A DNA stretch of 63,934 bases, counting the filler, from Folioceros fuciformis (taxonomy: Eukaryota): NCBI GenBank assembly GCA_049999805.1. It is 11 parts of 11 records of this genome, joined end to end, with 100 filler letters (N's around TTAATTAATTAA, not from the genome) between each part and the next. Parts side by side here need not be neighbours in the genome. Positions count along the whole stretch, not along the records: positions 34,107 to 47,975 come from JBNGIO010001901.1; positions 48,076 to 56,527 come from JBNGIO010001902.1; 9 more parts are not named here. One strand, written 5' to 3'. Position 1 is the first letter of the stretch. Each line of letters opens with the position of its first letter. Position numbers and translations under genes: made by a program. Shown piece by piece: positions 41,741-54,939 of the stretch. A model generated the notes under the pieces. It was given only the letters and a program-made list of their open reading frames with translations. It ran no database searches and was not told where the DNA came from.

Positions 41741-41931
41741 ACCTCCTGGGATCAGTTAGTTAATAGTAGAACCTCCTCTCAACCTCCTCAACACTGTCTT
41801 ACTTGTGCTCTGATTGTGGCTTGTGGGCTGACGTGAGTTGACGTTGCAGCATGTTTGTCCGCTAACCTCATCAACCACACGACAGACATCAACCTCTATA
41901 CCAGGTGAATCATGAATTCATACCACGGGAG

Positions 41932-42046
41932 GCTTGTGTTAGTTGTGGGCTGTGGGCTGTGGGCCGAGGCTGGTTGTGGGTTGTGGGTTGATGTGGGCTA
42001 ATGTGGGTTGTGCGTTGTGCGTTGTGGGCAGATGTGGGTTGGGCTG
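41932..42046. promoter_or_regulatory. TGTGGG(C/T) repeat cluster (site II-like)
   Basis: Reverse-orientation counterpart of the motif array at 14043-14225. Confidence 0.35.
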
Positions 42047-43989
42047 ATGCGCGATTCTGATGGATGTAACTCGTGGGTGACATGTCAGTCGTGAACATGG
42101 AGAATCGTGGAAACAGTGCTTCACCGAGCCGCGTGAGGATCATTGAAACATCGGCGGAGACTGGGGCACCGCCCGGAAGTTTCTGTTTCGACCCACGTTT
42201 TGTGATAGGATATGTTGATAGTCATGAAATCGTTGCGTGGCTGGTAAAATCGCGAAGCCGTGGTATGAGATGCCTGGTGGAGTGGTCGCATTGGCTGCTG
42301 CGGGCTATGCCTTCCCCACCACCACGCCATGATCTTCGTACGTGCTCCTTTCACTCCGAGGAGCTACACCACACCAGGTCAAACGATCCACCCAACAAGC
42401 ACAAGCACATCTCCAATCGGCATTAACTGCGTTTGCTCTGGCACCAGCTTTTCATAGCCGTCACCTCGATTCGCTATGGTATTCGTGTAGATTTCAGATT
42501 TTCCTTTATTTCAGGCCACCCAGCTCCAGGAAACACTCTTGCCTACAGTGCACTGAATCCACCCGGTTCTTCCCAAGCTTGACACGCACAAACACCTGCT
42601 CACGTTTCCTGCATGAGGCTCCTCAATAGGATATGTTATCGTTACCCGATGAGATTGTATTCCTTCCATTTAGGCAGGAAGCCTTCACTACTACCCTGTC
42701 CTTTCCTTGTGGAGGAAGAATCGAGGTATGTTGCATGGATGCGAAGCTTTGTTCAACAACACAACAATGTTCACGAGGCAAGAAGAGAAAGAAAGAATCA
42801 TTCTATGCTCACCAAATTTCTAAATCACAACCATGCACCATGATCTGGAGATCACAATCCTGCAGCCACCTCTTAGAGGTAATGCTATTCAATGCACATT
42901 CTATAAACCCGAGGCTAAATTGCTTATCTTTGAGAAACTTTGTGATCAAGAAGATCAACTTCGTTGTATCCATGCAGTAGTGGTGGCGCATTTAGCCAGC
43001 CGTGAGGCCAGTCTCAAGACACCACTTAGGCTAGGTGTGAGTTATTAAACTATATGTATGTAGGTCGGCACTAACCAGTCGCAACTGCCCATTTAGTCCG
43101 GACCAGTTAGACACTCCTTTCTATGCGGAGCCAGCTCATCAGGGCCTTGAGTTTGCAGGCGGGTCCCTTACGTTTCGGAGCGGCCGGCGAAACTGGAACT
43201 GTGCCAGAAACTCTCCCTAACTCGAGGCTTTTGCCTTTCTTGGCCCCGCCAGGGACAAAACAAGAGGCTCCCGCATTCTCCCGCCATCACCTACTCACAT
43301 TCGCCGCGCTTTCTCGCGCTCCGATCGGCCTTCTCTCCGCGGCGCCGTTGCCGTAGATCGGGGCAGTGCGGGAGCTTGTCGAGGCCTGTTGCATGCTCCT
43401 TTCTCCCTTGGTTGCGACCGACGCTGTGCGGTGCTCGGTTTGCGGATTCTGACGGTGCTGGTGCAGGAAAGGCCCTGGTTTGGCCTGAATTTTGAAGCGG
43501 TTGCGTCTGGTTCAGGTCCGTCTGACCACCAGCCGTAAGCTGGAATTTGGCCATTTTCGGTGTGAGCTCTGAGCGCTTGGCAGGAAGGTTCTGTCTGTGA
43601 GGCGTGAGCTGGCGCCTGCGAGGCTCGCCCTTTGGATCTCAAGTTTGGCCGCGTTTGCTTGTGCTCATACCTGTGTCGCTGAGCTTGTTGCTTTGTGAAA
43701 TGCGAGTGATCTGTTGCGTTAGGTGACACAATTTGACGTGTACTTTTGGCAGTGTCGGTAGTCGGTGACCTGATTCAGCGAAGGAGATGTTTGGAATCCG
43801 AAATTGTTTTGGCAGTCGCTTGTGTTGAATTTGTTTGCTCTTGCGGTGCTCAGGCCCCTTGGCGGCGGACGGCAGCACGTTCCACTGTATGTTTGGAGAT
43901 TTTTGGATCTCCCTGCTGTCAGACTATTGGATCTATCGGTTCTATACCAGTCTGAGCAAGTATTGACTGCGGGCGCGCGCGAAGAAGAA

Positions 43990-46185
43990 ATGAATTCGAC
44001 GAGTTTGAACCATCGGCGTCATGACAACCAGCCGCCTGTGGAGGCGTACTCGCCTAAGCCAAGCAAGCGCGTATGGTCTCGTTCGGTGGAGTACTTGTTC
44101 CGGGAACAACGGTTTTTGTGCATCCTTGTAGGGATTGCTATTGCCTCGGGTTTCTTTCTCTTCCAGCCGGCATTGTTTTCTACCGTGAGTCCTGTGACTC
44201 ATCATCCAGTTGAGTCTGCGGTGGTCACTGCCATGGCACGGCGGACTGCCGAGAGAGGAGTGTATGTCAATGGCCACCTGAGCGCCGGAGGTAAAATTCC
44301 TCTTGGCGTGAGGCGGAAAACTTTACGCATTGTGGTCACCGGCGGGGCCGGATTTGTTGGCAGCCATTTGGTGGACAGGTTGATGGAAAGAGGCGACAAT
44401 GTTATCGTCGTCGATAATTTTTTCACCGGGAGGAAGGAGAATGTGAAGCATCACTTCGGCAATCCCCGGTTTGAGCTGATCAGACATGATGTCGTGGAAC
44501 CTCTGCTGCTGGAGGTTGATCAGATTTATCATCTTGCTTGTCCTGCCTCACCCGTTCACTACAAGTATAATCCTGTCAAGACAATTATATCCTTTGGACT
44601 GGTCACGGACGTCTCTCTGGTTTTGTAGTATTTTGGCCTTGATGTCTTTCAGTGTGCTCTGTGCTGTGTGTTTAAAGCATTTGGAAGTGCATTATTGAGT
44701 TCATTGTCGTGCACCTTGGAGTTGTCGTTGAGTGTCATAGGTCCTTAAAGCCTGAAATGCTGGCACACCTTTGCATTGACCAGTTTGTACCGCTGGTACT
44801 AAGCAGTGCGTGAAGGTCTGGCATCTGCTCCTTGAGCTCTGATCATGGTGCAGGCCTTGTCAGATGGATTGGCTTTTGAGTCCCTGTACTTTCCTTAAGT
44901 AGCACCACAAGACAAATGTCGTTGGCACTCTGAACATGCTAGGATTAGCAAAGCGTGTTGCCGCTCGGTTTTTGCTGACCAGCACCAGTGAAGTATATGG
45001 AGATCCTTTGCAGCACCCCCAGAAGGAGGAATACTGGGGCAATGTCAATCCCATCGGTCGGTACCTGATTTTCTGTTTAGGACATGTTCCAGGAATATGT
45101 GAGTTGAGAGTTGCTCAAGTCTCAGTTGTCACTCAGGTGTTCGGAGCTGTTACGATGAGGGTAAGCGCACTGCAGAGACTTTGACAATGGATTACCACCG
45201 AGGTGCGGGCGTGCAGGTGAGCACCTGGTGTTCCATTGCAGGCAGATGACGTTGGCAAGAGGAAAACCTTTTGGAACGCCTGGTTGATGCTCTTGTTTTT
45301 TCTCCACAGGTTCGCATTGCTCGCATTTTCAACACGTATGGCCCTAGGATGTGCATTGATGATGGTCGTGTTGTCAGCAACTTCGTGGCACAGGTAAAAG
45401 TTGTGCCAACACACATTTACCAACGAAATGATCTTAAACTGGGAATCAAGATATTTAGGGATGTACACTACCTAGCTTCGTGTTCTGACCTATTTGTGCC
45501 TTCGTAGGCCCTGCGGAAGGAACCAATGACTGTGTATGGTGATGGCAAACAGACAAGAAGTTTTCAATATGTGTCCGACCTGGTAAGTGTCTTCTGTCAT
45601 TCCTTGGCTAGGTGTGGTTACCATACGTCAAGTATACTTGATCCTGCAATAACGTCTCTGCCCTGTAATGCATAGGTTGAAGGTCTGATGCGGCTTATGG
45701 AGGGTGAATATGTTGGTCCGGTGAACCTTGGAAACCCTGGGGAGTTCACAATGCTGGAGCTCGCTCAAGTAAGTTGTCTTGTCGTTCGTTGCTAACTCAC
45801 CGAATGAGGCTATTGTGCTGCCGTTGTGTACAAACAAGGCTGGTTTTTGCCTTCTCTATTGGACTTCCCCGGGAGCTAAAGCAGCCTCCGGGAAACGCTT
45901 ATGGGCCCTTACAATGGCAAATTGTGTGCTATACAGGTCGTGAGAGAGACAATTGATCCCGAAGCCAAGATTGAGTTCAGGGAAAACACAGAGGATGACC
46001 CCCATATGCGCAAGCCAGACATCTCAAAGGCCAAGGAATTCCTAGGCTGGGAACCTCGGGTTGAATTGAGGAAGGGTTTACCACTGATGGTTGATGATTT
46101 CCGGCAACGCATCTTTGGTGACCAGAAGGATGGGGCTGAATTGGCTATTGATGTTTCGAGGAAGGAAACTGAAGGAGATGACTAG
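43990..46185 (+). CDS. UXS: UDP-glucuronic acid decarboxylase / UDP-xylose synthase, membrane-anchored type
   Basis: Exons 43990-44586, 44909-45056, 45137-45216, 45310-45393, 45508-45582, 45676-45768, 45937-46185; N-terminal TM helix, [38 protein letters not shown]. Confidence 0.96.
44587..44908 (+). other. U12-type AT-AC intron
   Basis: 5' ATATCCTTT, branch TTCCTTAAG at 44891-44899, 3' CAC; splicing restores NPVKTI-KTNVVG. Confidence 0.93.
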
Positions 46186-47246
46186 GAGGCAGGAGAAGCT
46201 GGGTAACGTAGGGAAGCATGTAAATAACTGCTGAGGCAAGCTATGCGTGGAGTAGTCTCGGAAGCCAGACCCGTAAGCTCGCTGTAGGCAGTATGGGAAG
46301 TGTCTAGATTCATTCTTACTGTCACAAGCGCCACCATTGGCTTCATCTTTGTGACTACTGAAGACAAACCATTGTGCGATGACCTTCGCTTTATATCCAC
46401 GTCGGTGGGTGGAGGTGCAGTTTACCCTTCTCTGGTTAGAACTCTTCGTGTTGAAGCATGAAATTTTCCCTGGATGGTAAGTGGCCAGCTAACGGCATGG
46501 TTCCTTTCCATCCCGTTTTGAGATTTTCTTCTAACGCGGAGCCGGGGCTAATTCTTAGTATCCCTAGGGGCCACTTTCTATGGTATAGGTAGAACATTCT
46601 AAGTCCTATTGAACATGAGATGTTTTAGGTGTGTTGCTTCGAGTATTTTAGTTGCCGAGGCTTATGGACAAGGAACTGAAGCAGTTGCGGAACTAGACAT
46701 GGTTGGACTTTGACCTCCAATTTTTGGGACTTAAGTTGAAGTAGTAGATGCATTGTATGAAGTTCTGGATTGAGTTTTGGCACGTAAAAAGTTTTGGCGA
46801 GAAAGAAATGCGTGATGAGCTCGATCTTTCTTCCAACGAAGAAAAGATTTTTTTCTTTAATTTCAGTGTCGTGGTTTGTAAGATTTAAAATGAAGATAAC
46901 ATAGATTAAGCGTATTCCTTTACAAAATTAAGCGTTCATTGTTTGTTGGTTAAAAAATACCCATTTTCTTATGTCATTGGGAAGATGACCGCTCTAAACC
47001 TAGAGGGGTGGCTTAAGGGCTACGGAACCTAAACCTCAAGGGCTCCAAAGCTGCTATCGTAAGAAGGCTCCCAAAGGTCCTTGGGGTAGTGAGCAAGGAG
47101 TCCTCATTTAGGGTGAATGGATTAAATTCAAGTTAATTAATTCTGAGCACTCCAATGGCCCCTACAAACTATTGATTGCACTATTTAGAATTCTCAATGG
47201 ACTTGAAAAATTAAACATTAATATTATGAACTCTTAGAGACTCAGG

Positions 47247-47327
47247 GAAGTATCCTCTAATAGAATGAAGTCTTGCTAGCTTCTGCGGAAGTATCCTCTA
47301 ATAGAATGAAGTCTTGCTAGCTTCTGC
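47247..47327. repeat. Exact ~41-bp tandem duplication
   Basis: ggaagtatcctctaatagaatgaagtcttgctagcttctgc x2. Confidence 0.9.
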
Positions 47328-47929
47328 GTGTTCATTATTGTCATGGACCTGATATTATTCTCTTCATCATCATTCTCTTCACCATGGTTATCTTGGTGTT
47401 GTTCGAACATCTTCCCTCTACAAATACAGTACAATACAATTAGGGCAAGTTTCGAGTCCTACAACCCTCTAACCATGGATGGTGCTATGTATTTGGCATA
47501 GAACATATGAAAGCATACATTTATTTTAATAATGATCTCTTTAATATTGTGTTATGGAGTCTAAGCAAATGCTGCATGTTGTGCTCTCATGGGTATGGTC
47601 ATCACCATCATGCCTGATCTTAGTGATGCTTGCTTTTGCCCTTGGAGTCAAATCCATAGTTAAATCATAATTATATCATAGATGAAATGAAATGATTATA
47701 AGAACATTAAGAACATTAAAGTTGATGAAGCATATATAGAAGGCTTAGTATTTATACTTCTCAATGCCTAATTCAATTTTTTATTTTTTTTATGAAGTGT
47801 TGAAAGTGTATGGGAACCCTTTTATGGTCCAATGAACGTTTTTATTATTTTTTATTATTATAAAATGTACACAAGCTTTGTTGAACATGTTAGGCAAACC
47901 TGCCACCATTGCCATGGTCGAATTTGGCT

Positions 47930-47975
47930 GGTATGGTATGGTATGGTATGGTATGGTATGGTATGGTATGGTATG
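47930..47975. repeat. (GGTAT)n microsatellite running into the linker
   Basis: Directly visible. Confidence 0.95.
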
Positions 47976-50157
47976 NNNNNNNNNNNNNNNNNNNNNNNNN
48001 NNNNNNNNNNNNNNNNNNNTTAATTAATTAANNNNNNNNNNNNNNNNNNNNNNNNNNNNNNNNNNNNNNNNNNNNACATATCATATCTAATTATACAGTT
48101 CTGACTAAATACTTAAACTCTTGCAGTTGGAATATGCAATGGATGGAAAAGTAATGGAAGCTCCTAGGATGCATGAGCATCTCTTGGGCATGAAAAACAT
48201 GGAAACTAGGGTTATTGGAGCACGGGCCCGAATGAGAAGGATTGAAGTCCTCATTTAGTTTTCACCTCATTAGTTCTTAGTGGTGTAAGAGATTTTTGAG
48301 GATGCTTGATTGTAACTATGTCATAGTTACAAAAACGCGGATCCTTACATTCTCTTGCTACTTATGGCTGTCTTTTCCTCATTTTGTGGTCTTATTTGCG
48401 GAGAAGATTGCTAGGTTTTATACTAGCACTAGGTGTTTCTTATAAGGCATTTGAGGTGGAGTATACTTTTATTCCTATTTCTCTAATATTTTTGAAACAT
48501 ATTTTTGATAGAATAGTATGGTATAAATAACCAATATTTTAATATGTAATCAATTTATTTATTTAATATTCTGTTTTAATAATATAGTATCTAATGCATA
48601 TATTAAAATTATTTATTTTATAGGAAAATTTCATTGAATAAGAATAGATGCTACATTGAAATGTATATAACTTCAATATCTCATCATAAGTTGTGATGAG
48701 ATGAAGCGTGTGAATGACGACGTTAGTGAAATCCAGAAAGGAATGCTCATTGCAACCCCTTGCTGCACATATACACACAATAGGCAATAGACTGTTCTGA
48801 ATAGGGAAAGTGGAGAATGTGCAGAACAAAGGACCAAGGCCAAGTATTCTTATGCATTGGTACAGAGGAGTTCATTACCAGAGGAAGAGGCATGCAAGGA
48901 AGGGAAGGGGAGGGCGCCATCGCAAGAAGAATGTTTACCCTAAAACCATACAAGAGTTGTTCTTGAGTGACACTATCATCTTATACTATAGCTTCCACCT
49001 CACTGCTCGCAAACATCTCTATGCAGCAGACAAGAAGGGGATAAGAGAAAAGTTGAATGAGCTTCGAGGTGTGATTGAGGCATCGACTGATGAGGAAACG
49101 AATGGGAGCGACGATGAATAACTATGATTCATTTAGAAGACCATTGACGGTAAAAGTCAATTGTAGAGTGGAGGGCAAGATCTTTTTTGGGGAACGACTG
49201 CGCAATTTTTAAATCATTTGATTTATCGGCGGGAAGCACTTTCGTGATCGACGGGAAGCACTTTCGTGAGCGTGGTTAGCTCACCACAAACAGCACATGC
49301 TAAGGGACACTGAACCGAGCTTGTGTGAACTGTTTTAACTAGGACGGGGTTTGCAGCCATTGCAAGGTACGACTTGTCTTTTGAACATCAAATGAGAACC
49401 CTTAGCGATATTTACTATAGTCTGTATCACAGACCTTTGAATGCAAAACCCATATGCCAGCCTAATTATGTGTATTTCTAGTCCGAAGATCATGGCATGC
49501 GAAATTCTCAATGGTTGCTAATTGGCCAGCCCCATTTCCACGTGCTATGAGATTGCTAAACCAGTATGTATTGGTCTTTAGACATGCAGGCGCCGGCCAG
49601 CCGGCACTTGCCTGCTTGAACTCTAGCCCATCGTTATGAATAATCTTGTGATATGGCGGATGCCCTCATTGTATGGGCCATTCCCTATATTAAGATGAAC
49701 GTGTAGCCCAGTTCAGGCAACGGGTTGTGTGCTGTGCGGATTGTACGATCCACTGCATGAGGATCAAAATGAAGCCCTCATTAGCCAGAGACACCGTCCC
49801 CACGAGTGGAGTAGACCAGCCTTGTTTCCTCCCCTGGGTTCTCTGTGAAAGAGAAGACACCATTCAGTGCTAACATTGCGTTGTAAACAGTCTCGTCGAC
49901 AATAACTGCACCCTTTCGTTTACAGCTAATCCCGCCACATAGCCTCGTATACGGCAATATTGCTCCAATGTGGCCCCCCCTTTGGCATTTCAACGGCCTA
50001 GCCCCCTCATCTTGTTTCATTACACTCTTGCAAATTTCTCCTATTCATGGTTGATTTAAAGGACTAGGCTAGTTTAATTATCCAACAACTTTGGCAGAGG
50101 TCAGAATAGCAACAAATGCTATCCCACATACAATTCATTTAACCACATCCAACTCCT

Positions 50158-50250
50158 TATAGACGGTATATGCAACATATTTTGAGGTAATACCTATAGA
50201 CGATATATGCAACATATTTCGAGGCAATATCTATAGACAATATATACAAA
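50158..50250. repeat. ~37-bp tandem repeat x2.5
   Basis: tatagacg.tatatgcaacatattt.gagg.aata units. Confidence 0.8.
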
Positions 50251-51725
50251 CTAAAGCTTCTTCTACTTGTGCTAGTAGAGGAGTTGCTAAGGACACTAAT
50301 GAAAATACAAGTTGCACACAAGAATATCATCCTTTACACAATTCTCATCCTCAACTTGGTTTCTTCTTCAAAAACCCTCAAACACTTCATTCTGCCCTAC
50401 TCATGATATGTGTTGGAAACCAAAAAATGGATCAAACTATAACTAATGGAGTAGCCATATTTGAGCAAATTGCAGCAATCCACCTGTTCATTGCTATGTC
50501 ACTCTAAAACTCTCCAATCCTAGTTCAAATGGCATGTTTAGGGATGTCGCACTCTAGCTCTCCAAAGCCAGTTTAAGCCCATCTATGCATATCACGCTTG
50601 AGACATTGTATAGAAGTTCAAGCTGCCCATCCACGCATGTGGCGCTCCACATCTCCAAACTGTTTTGCTACGCATGGCACAAACGATGACACCCCTGGTG
50701 TGTTTTCCATGATTCCTAGGTCATCAGTTCCTCGAATGTGTGTTGTGCTCGATCGGCAAGAGCTGCGTCGGCATTTTTTCATAACATACTCTCAGGAATT
50801 GCTCATGCTGGTACTCTGCATAATCTGTCGCATGAGCACCTACCATTACGCAGGCATGTTCAGAATGCCGTAGATGGAGGAGACCCTGAACTTGAACATG
50901 AGGTGCTGCTGAACAAGACAGGGAGACAGGGAGCCCAATTCACTGGTTGTGTTTCTAGATTATCACCTAACGTAAGTCCTACAGAGAATATTGCACAGAC
51001 GATGATACCTTCGGTGTGTTTTACGTGATTCCTTCATCAATCAATTCATCAAGCTTCCTTCAAACCTTTCCTCATGTACTTTCAGGAGTTGCTCAAGCTT
51101 ATGTTTTCCGTAAACTGTTTCTGCATTCTCGTAGGGGGGCACTAGCTAACATTACGCATGTAAGTGTAGAATGCTGCAAGTGGAGGAGAATCTGGACTTG
51201 AATATGAGGTGCTGCTGATGATCGCAGAGCTTAAGACAGGGAAGGGAGCCCTGTTTACTGGTTCTGTCTCCCGATTATCACGTAACTACAGGCCTTATTG
51301 CATGGTTAATGGAGTATTCAGTGAAGCACAGTCGGTTGCCTAACATCGCATCATGCGTCTTGAGGTAAGAGCGTGAAGAATCTGCTGCTTACACATCCAG
51401 ACTGTCCAGTTTGAGCTTGGCATATCGAGGAGTGGAAAGAGCGTGCCGGTTTGGAGCCGGCTGACTGCGTGAGCCGAATGAAGTATGGACACACGAAGGG
51501 AATCACCGAACCACAGCCTAAGACAAGCCGAGAGACGGGTTAAAGCACTCCCGGCTTCCCAGCAATGCAGTATGGGGTCGCCACACGTGCCGTCTCTTGG
51601 TTTTCGAGCTGCGAAAGTGTAGGCTGCAGATGCTTTGAGCTAGAGAGGTGTGTTACCCTGCCTGCTCCTCTTTGGCAATTCTTTGTCTTCCGTAAGTTGA
51701 GGGAACGGCAGGAGAGAATGATGCA

Positions 51726-52422
51726 ATGGTGCAACGTGTGCTGGAATTCGCAAACAGAAGGCTGTCTGACGAGACGGTGGTGCAGATCCGAGTGCTGCAG
51801 GGGGTGGAAGTGACGGTGTTGCTGGAGGCTTTGGCCCCTGGCAGCAGGTCGGAGGACGTATACCAGTCCACCGGGCCAGGATTTCGGGCATCCTTCGTCT
51901 TTCCGATAGTTACTGCCCTCGTTTTGTTCGTCATTTTCGGTATCAGTGCACTCTTCTCATGCTGCCATCACTGGGCGTGGCCCATGCGCAGAGGGTTGGT
52001 GCGGAGAACTGGCCAGCAGGACCGTGACACTCCACCTCTTCTTCTAGCTCCGGCAAGAGAGATACAAGCACTGTACAGAGACTCCCCTGCCTTGTCCAGA
52101 CAAGGCTCCTCGTGCAGGATGCAGGTGTGTGGTTGCATATGGTCATGTGATCAATCTCTTCGTCTAAGATCTTCTCTCACACCTTGTCAGTGTGCTGGAA
52201 AACTTCCGTTCCATTTTGTCCGGTTGAGAAGCGGTGGCTTGGAAATGGTGGCATTGATGTGTGCAGGTGGAGAAAAGCTGCCCGGTGCTTATGCCCGGGG
52301 ACGATGTCCCTCTGTATGTAGCCTGGCCGACACCACTCTCGTTACACATGGCTCACTTGGAATCTTTGCACCTGACAAAGCTCGACTCGGCCGCATCCCA
52401 TCACCAGCAGCAGACCTGGTGA
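51726..52422 (+). CDS. Small single-pass membrane protein, At5g65660-like family
   Basis: Exons 51726(start uncertain)-52124 and 52267-52422; FPIVTALVLFVIFGISALFSCCHHW and PVLMPGDDVPLYVAWPTP motifs. Confidence 0.8.
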
Positions 52423-52878
52423 TGCACCGTCTTACCGACCCGCATCTTCTTGCTCAAACTTTTGCACTGCGATGTTGAGAGAACTGCAGCTGCTTCCCTA
52501 CCAAGTATGTGCGTGCCTTCAATCAAAGCCAAACAGTTCGTTCCTTCCGCCCTCTTATCAGCCTGCAGATCCAAAATTATGATGCTGGACACCCTTCGCT
52601 ACAAGCGAACCCATCTGATTGGTGGTTGATGCCGAAGATTATCCTACCGCTCATCAGCACATCCGGCTTATCTACTACCACAGTACCTGAAAAATGTGTA
52701 CTGAGATGAGAGAATCGTGGATGAGCCACAGAGAACTATGCTGAAATGGAAGCAGCTCATTGGGTGGCTTTCAAGTCACCGGATTTGTTGAGACATCATG
52801 GGTTCCGACCGTTGTATCGAGCTCCGGCTGCCTTCACTGGTGTCGGCATCTCTTTTTTTCAGTTGCTCGTCGAGGAGC

Positions 52879-54666
52879 ATGGCCGTCTCGACCCTGGGCC
52901 TGGCCCTGGGCTCCTGTCGGTGCTCGGGGGGTGTGGGTTCTGTGTCCACCTTCAGGTGCAGGGAGCTGGTGGATTCCTGCCCATTGTCCCTCGCCTCGCC
53001 TTCGCTCGGCAAGACTGGCGGAGTGACAGCAGCGGCTCCGACATGGAGGGCTTCCATACTGGAAAGGCCAGACTCTCTGGAGCACAGGATTGCTGCTACT
53101 CCGGTACATTCCAGGAGGACTATGTTGGGTCTACTGGCTGCCGTCCATTCTCCATCTCTCGTCCCCCGGGCCTTTGCGGAGGAGGAACAATTGAACGGTA
53201 TCGCCTGCTACAAACGATTTCAGCATTAGCGCTCCAAGCTTGCAACATTCTGCGATTCGCACGACGGGCTCTTCGAGTCGTCTGACTTGCAGGCTGCTGA
53301 TCAGTGGTGTCCTGGAATTGCAGACTCGCAAAAGCTCTTCTCACAGATGAAGCAGGTCGTGGAAGAGAGGGTTGCAGAGATGGAACGCGAGAAGGCAGCT
53401 GCTGCAGCGGCGGCGGAAGCAGAATCCCCTGAGGCAGCTGAATCAGAACCCTTGTCCACCACTGAAGACCTGGAATCTCCCTCTCCCAGTCCTTCTGCTA
53501 CCCAGGCCCCAGACCCAGAATCTGAACAGGCAGCCAACACTTCCTCGGAGACAGAGGCCACGGCACCAGAGCCAGAACCTGCACAGGCAGCTTCCACTTC
53601 CCCAGATTCTGAACCTGAAGGGGCCGCTTACACATCCCCAGATCCAGAGCCACAGCCACAGCCAGAACCTGCAGAGGCCACTTACACATCCTCCGAGCCA
53701 GAGCCGGAGCCGGAGGTAGAACCTGCAGAGGCTGCTTACACATCCCCAGAACCAAAAACTGCAGAAGCCACTAACACTTCCCCAGAGCCTGAGCCAGAGC
53801 CTGAGCCAGAACCTGAACCTGAACCTGAGCCTGAGCCTGAGCCTGAGCCGGAGCCGGAGCCGGAGCCGGAGCCTGAGCCTGAGCCAGAGCCAGAGCCAGA
53901 GCCTGAGCCAGAGCCAGAGCCTGAGCCTGAGCCTGAGCCAGAACCAGAACCTGAGCCAGAGCCTGAACCAGAGCCTGAGCCAGAGCCTGAGCCTGAGCCA
54001 GAACCAAACCTAGAACCAGAGCCAGAACCTGCAGAGGCAGCTTACACTTCCCAAGAGGCAGAGGCTACGGCCCCTGAGCCAGAACCTGACTCCTCACTTT
54101 CATCAGAGCCAGCAGAAAGTCCGTCTCCAGATTCCTCAGAGCCCGAAACTCCTGCTGAACCAGCTATCCCTGCTCTCCCTCCTGTCCCCATTCCCACTCC
54201 AGAGTCCCTCACCCAACTAGACGCAACTCTACCGTCCCTGTTAGAGGCCATCAGTCCGGAAGCTTCTCCAGAAGCAGTACAGGCTGTAGAGGTACGAACT
54301 GTGGCTTGTGACACTGTACAGTGCCTCATTTTCTTTCCTGGTCTCGACTTTCCTTTCGCTTAAGTGTGGTTTTATCATCTTGTCCAGGCAGTGGAGGGGA
54401 ACGTGAATCCCATTCTCCCTCTACTCGGCATCGCCGGAACTGCATTGGTTACCGCCATCTACAATCTCAATGAGTTCATTTCCGGACCCAAGGTAAGATG
54501 TTCATTCCACCGTCCTGCTGCTGCTGTGGTTTTGCACTGGTACATGGTACATTGGACCTTATCCTTGCCCATTCCCTTTCAACAGTCTTTGGAAAGTCCA
54601 AGTACGTCCGCCGACGAGTCCCAAGATGGGGCAGTCAATCGGACAACCACCAAATCTGACGAGTGA
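52879..54666 (+). CDS. Putative Tat-targeted thylakoid protein with (Glu-Pro)37 tract and C-terminal TM helix
   Basis: Exons 52879-53197, 53324-54291, 54388-54492, 54586-54666; transit peptide, [12 protein letters not shown]...[10 protein letters not shown] tract 53785-54006, [17 protein letters not shown]. Confidence 0.75.
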
Positions 54667-54939
54667 AGTCCCTTCAAGTGAGTGCGTCCAGTAAGGTGGT
54701 CTGTAGCTGGTAGCAAGGTAGGTTGCCCGGTGTGTTTCCTCCAGGGGTTCGCCGTTCCTCTGGCTACAAATTTGTCTTGACTGTGGGAAGGGACTTGATT
54801 GTATACCCACCACACCAGGAAAATAGTATCGTTAAATTTAAAAAATGAAAATAGGCTAATATTTTGTGATCTTTTTTACAACACAACGAACATGCTTTTC
54901 ATCATTCTGAGATCCCAGTTCGAGGGACCCAACATTGTG

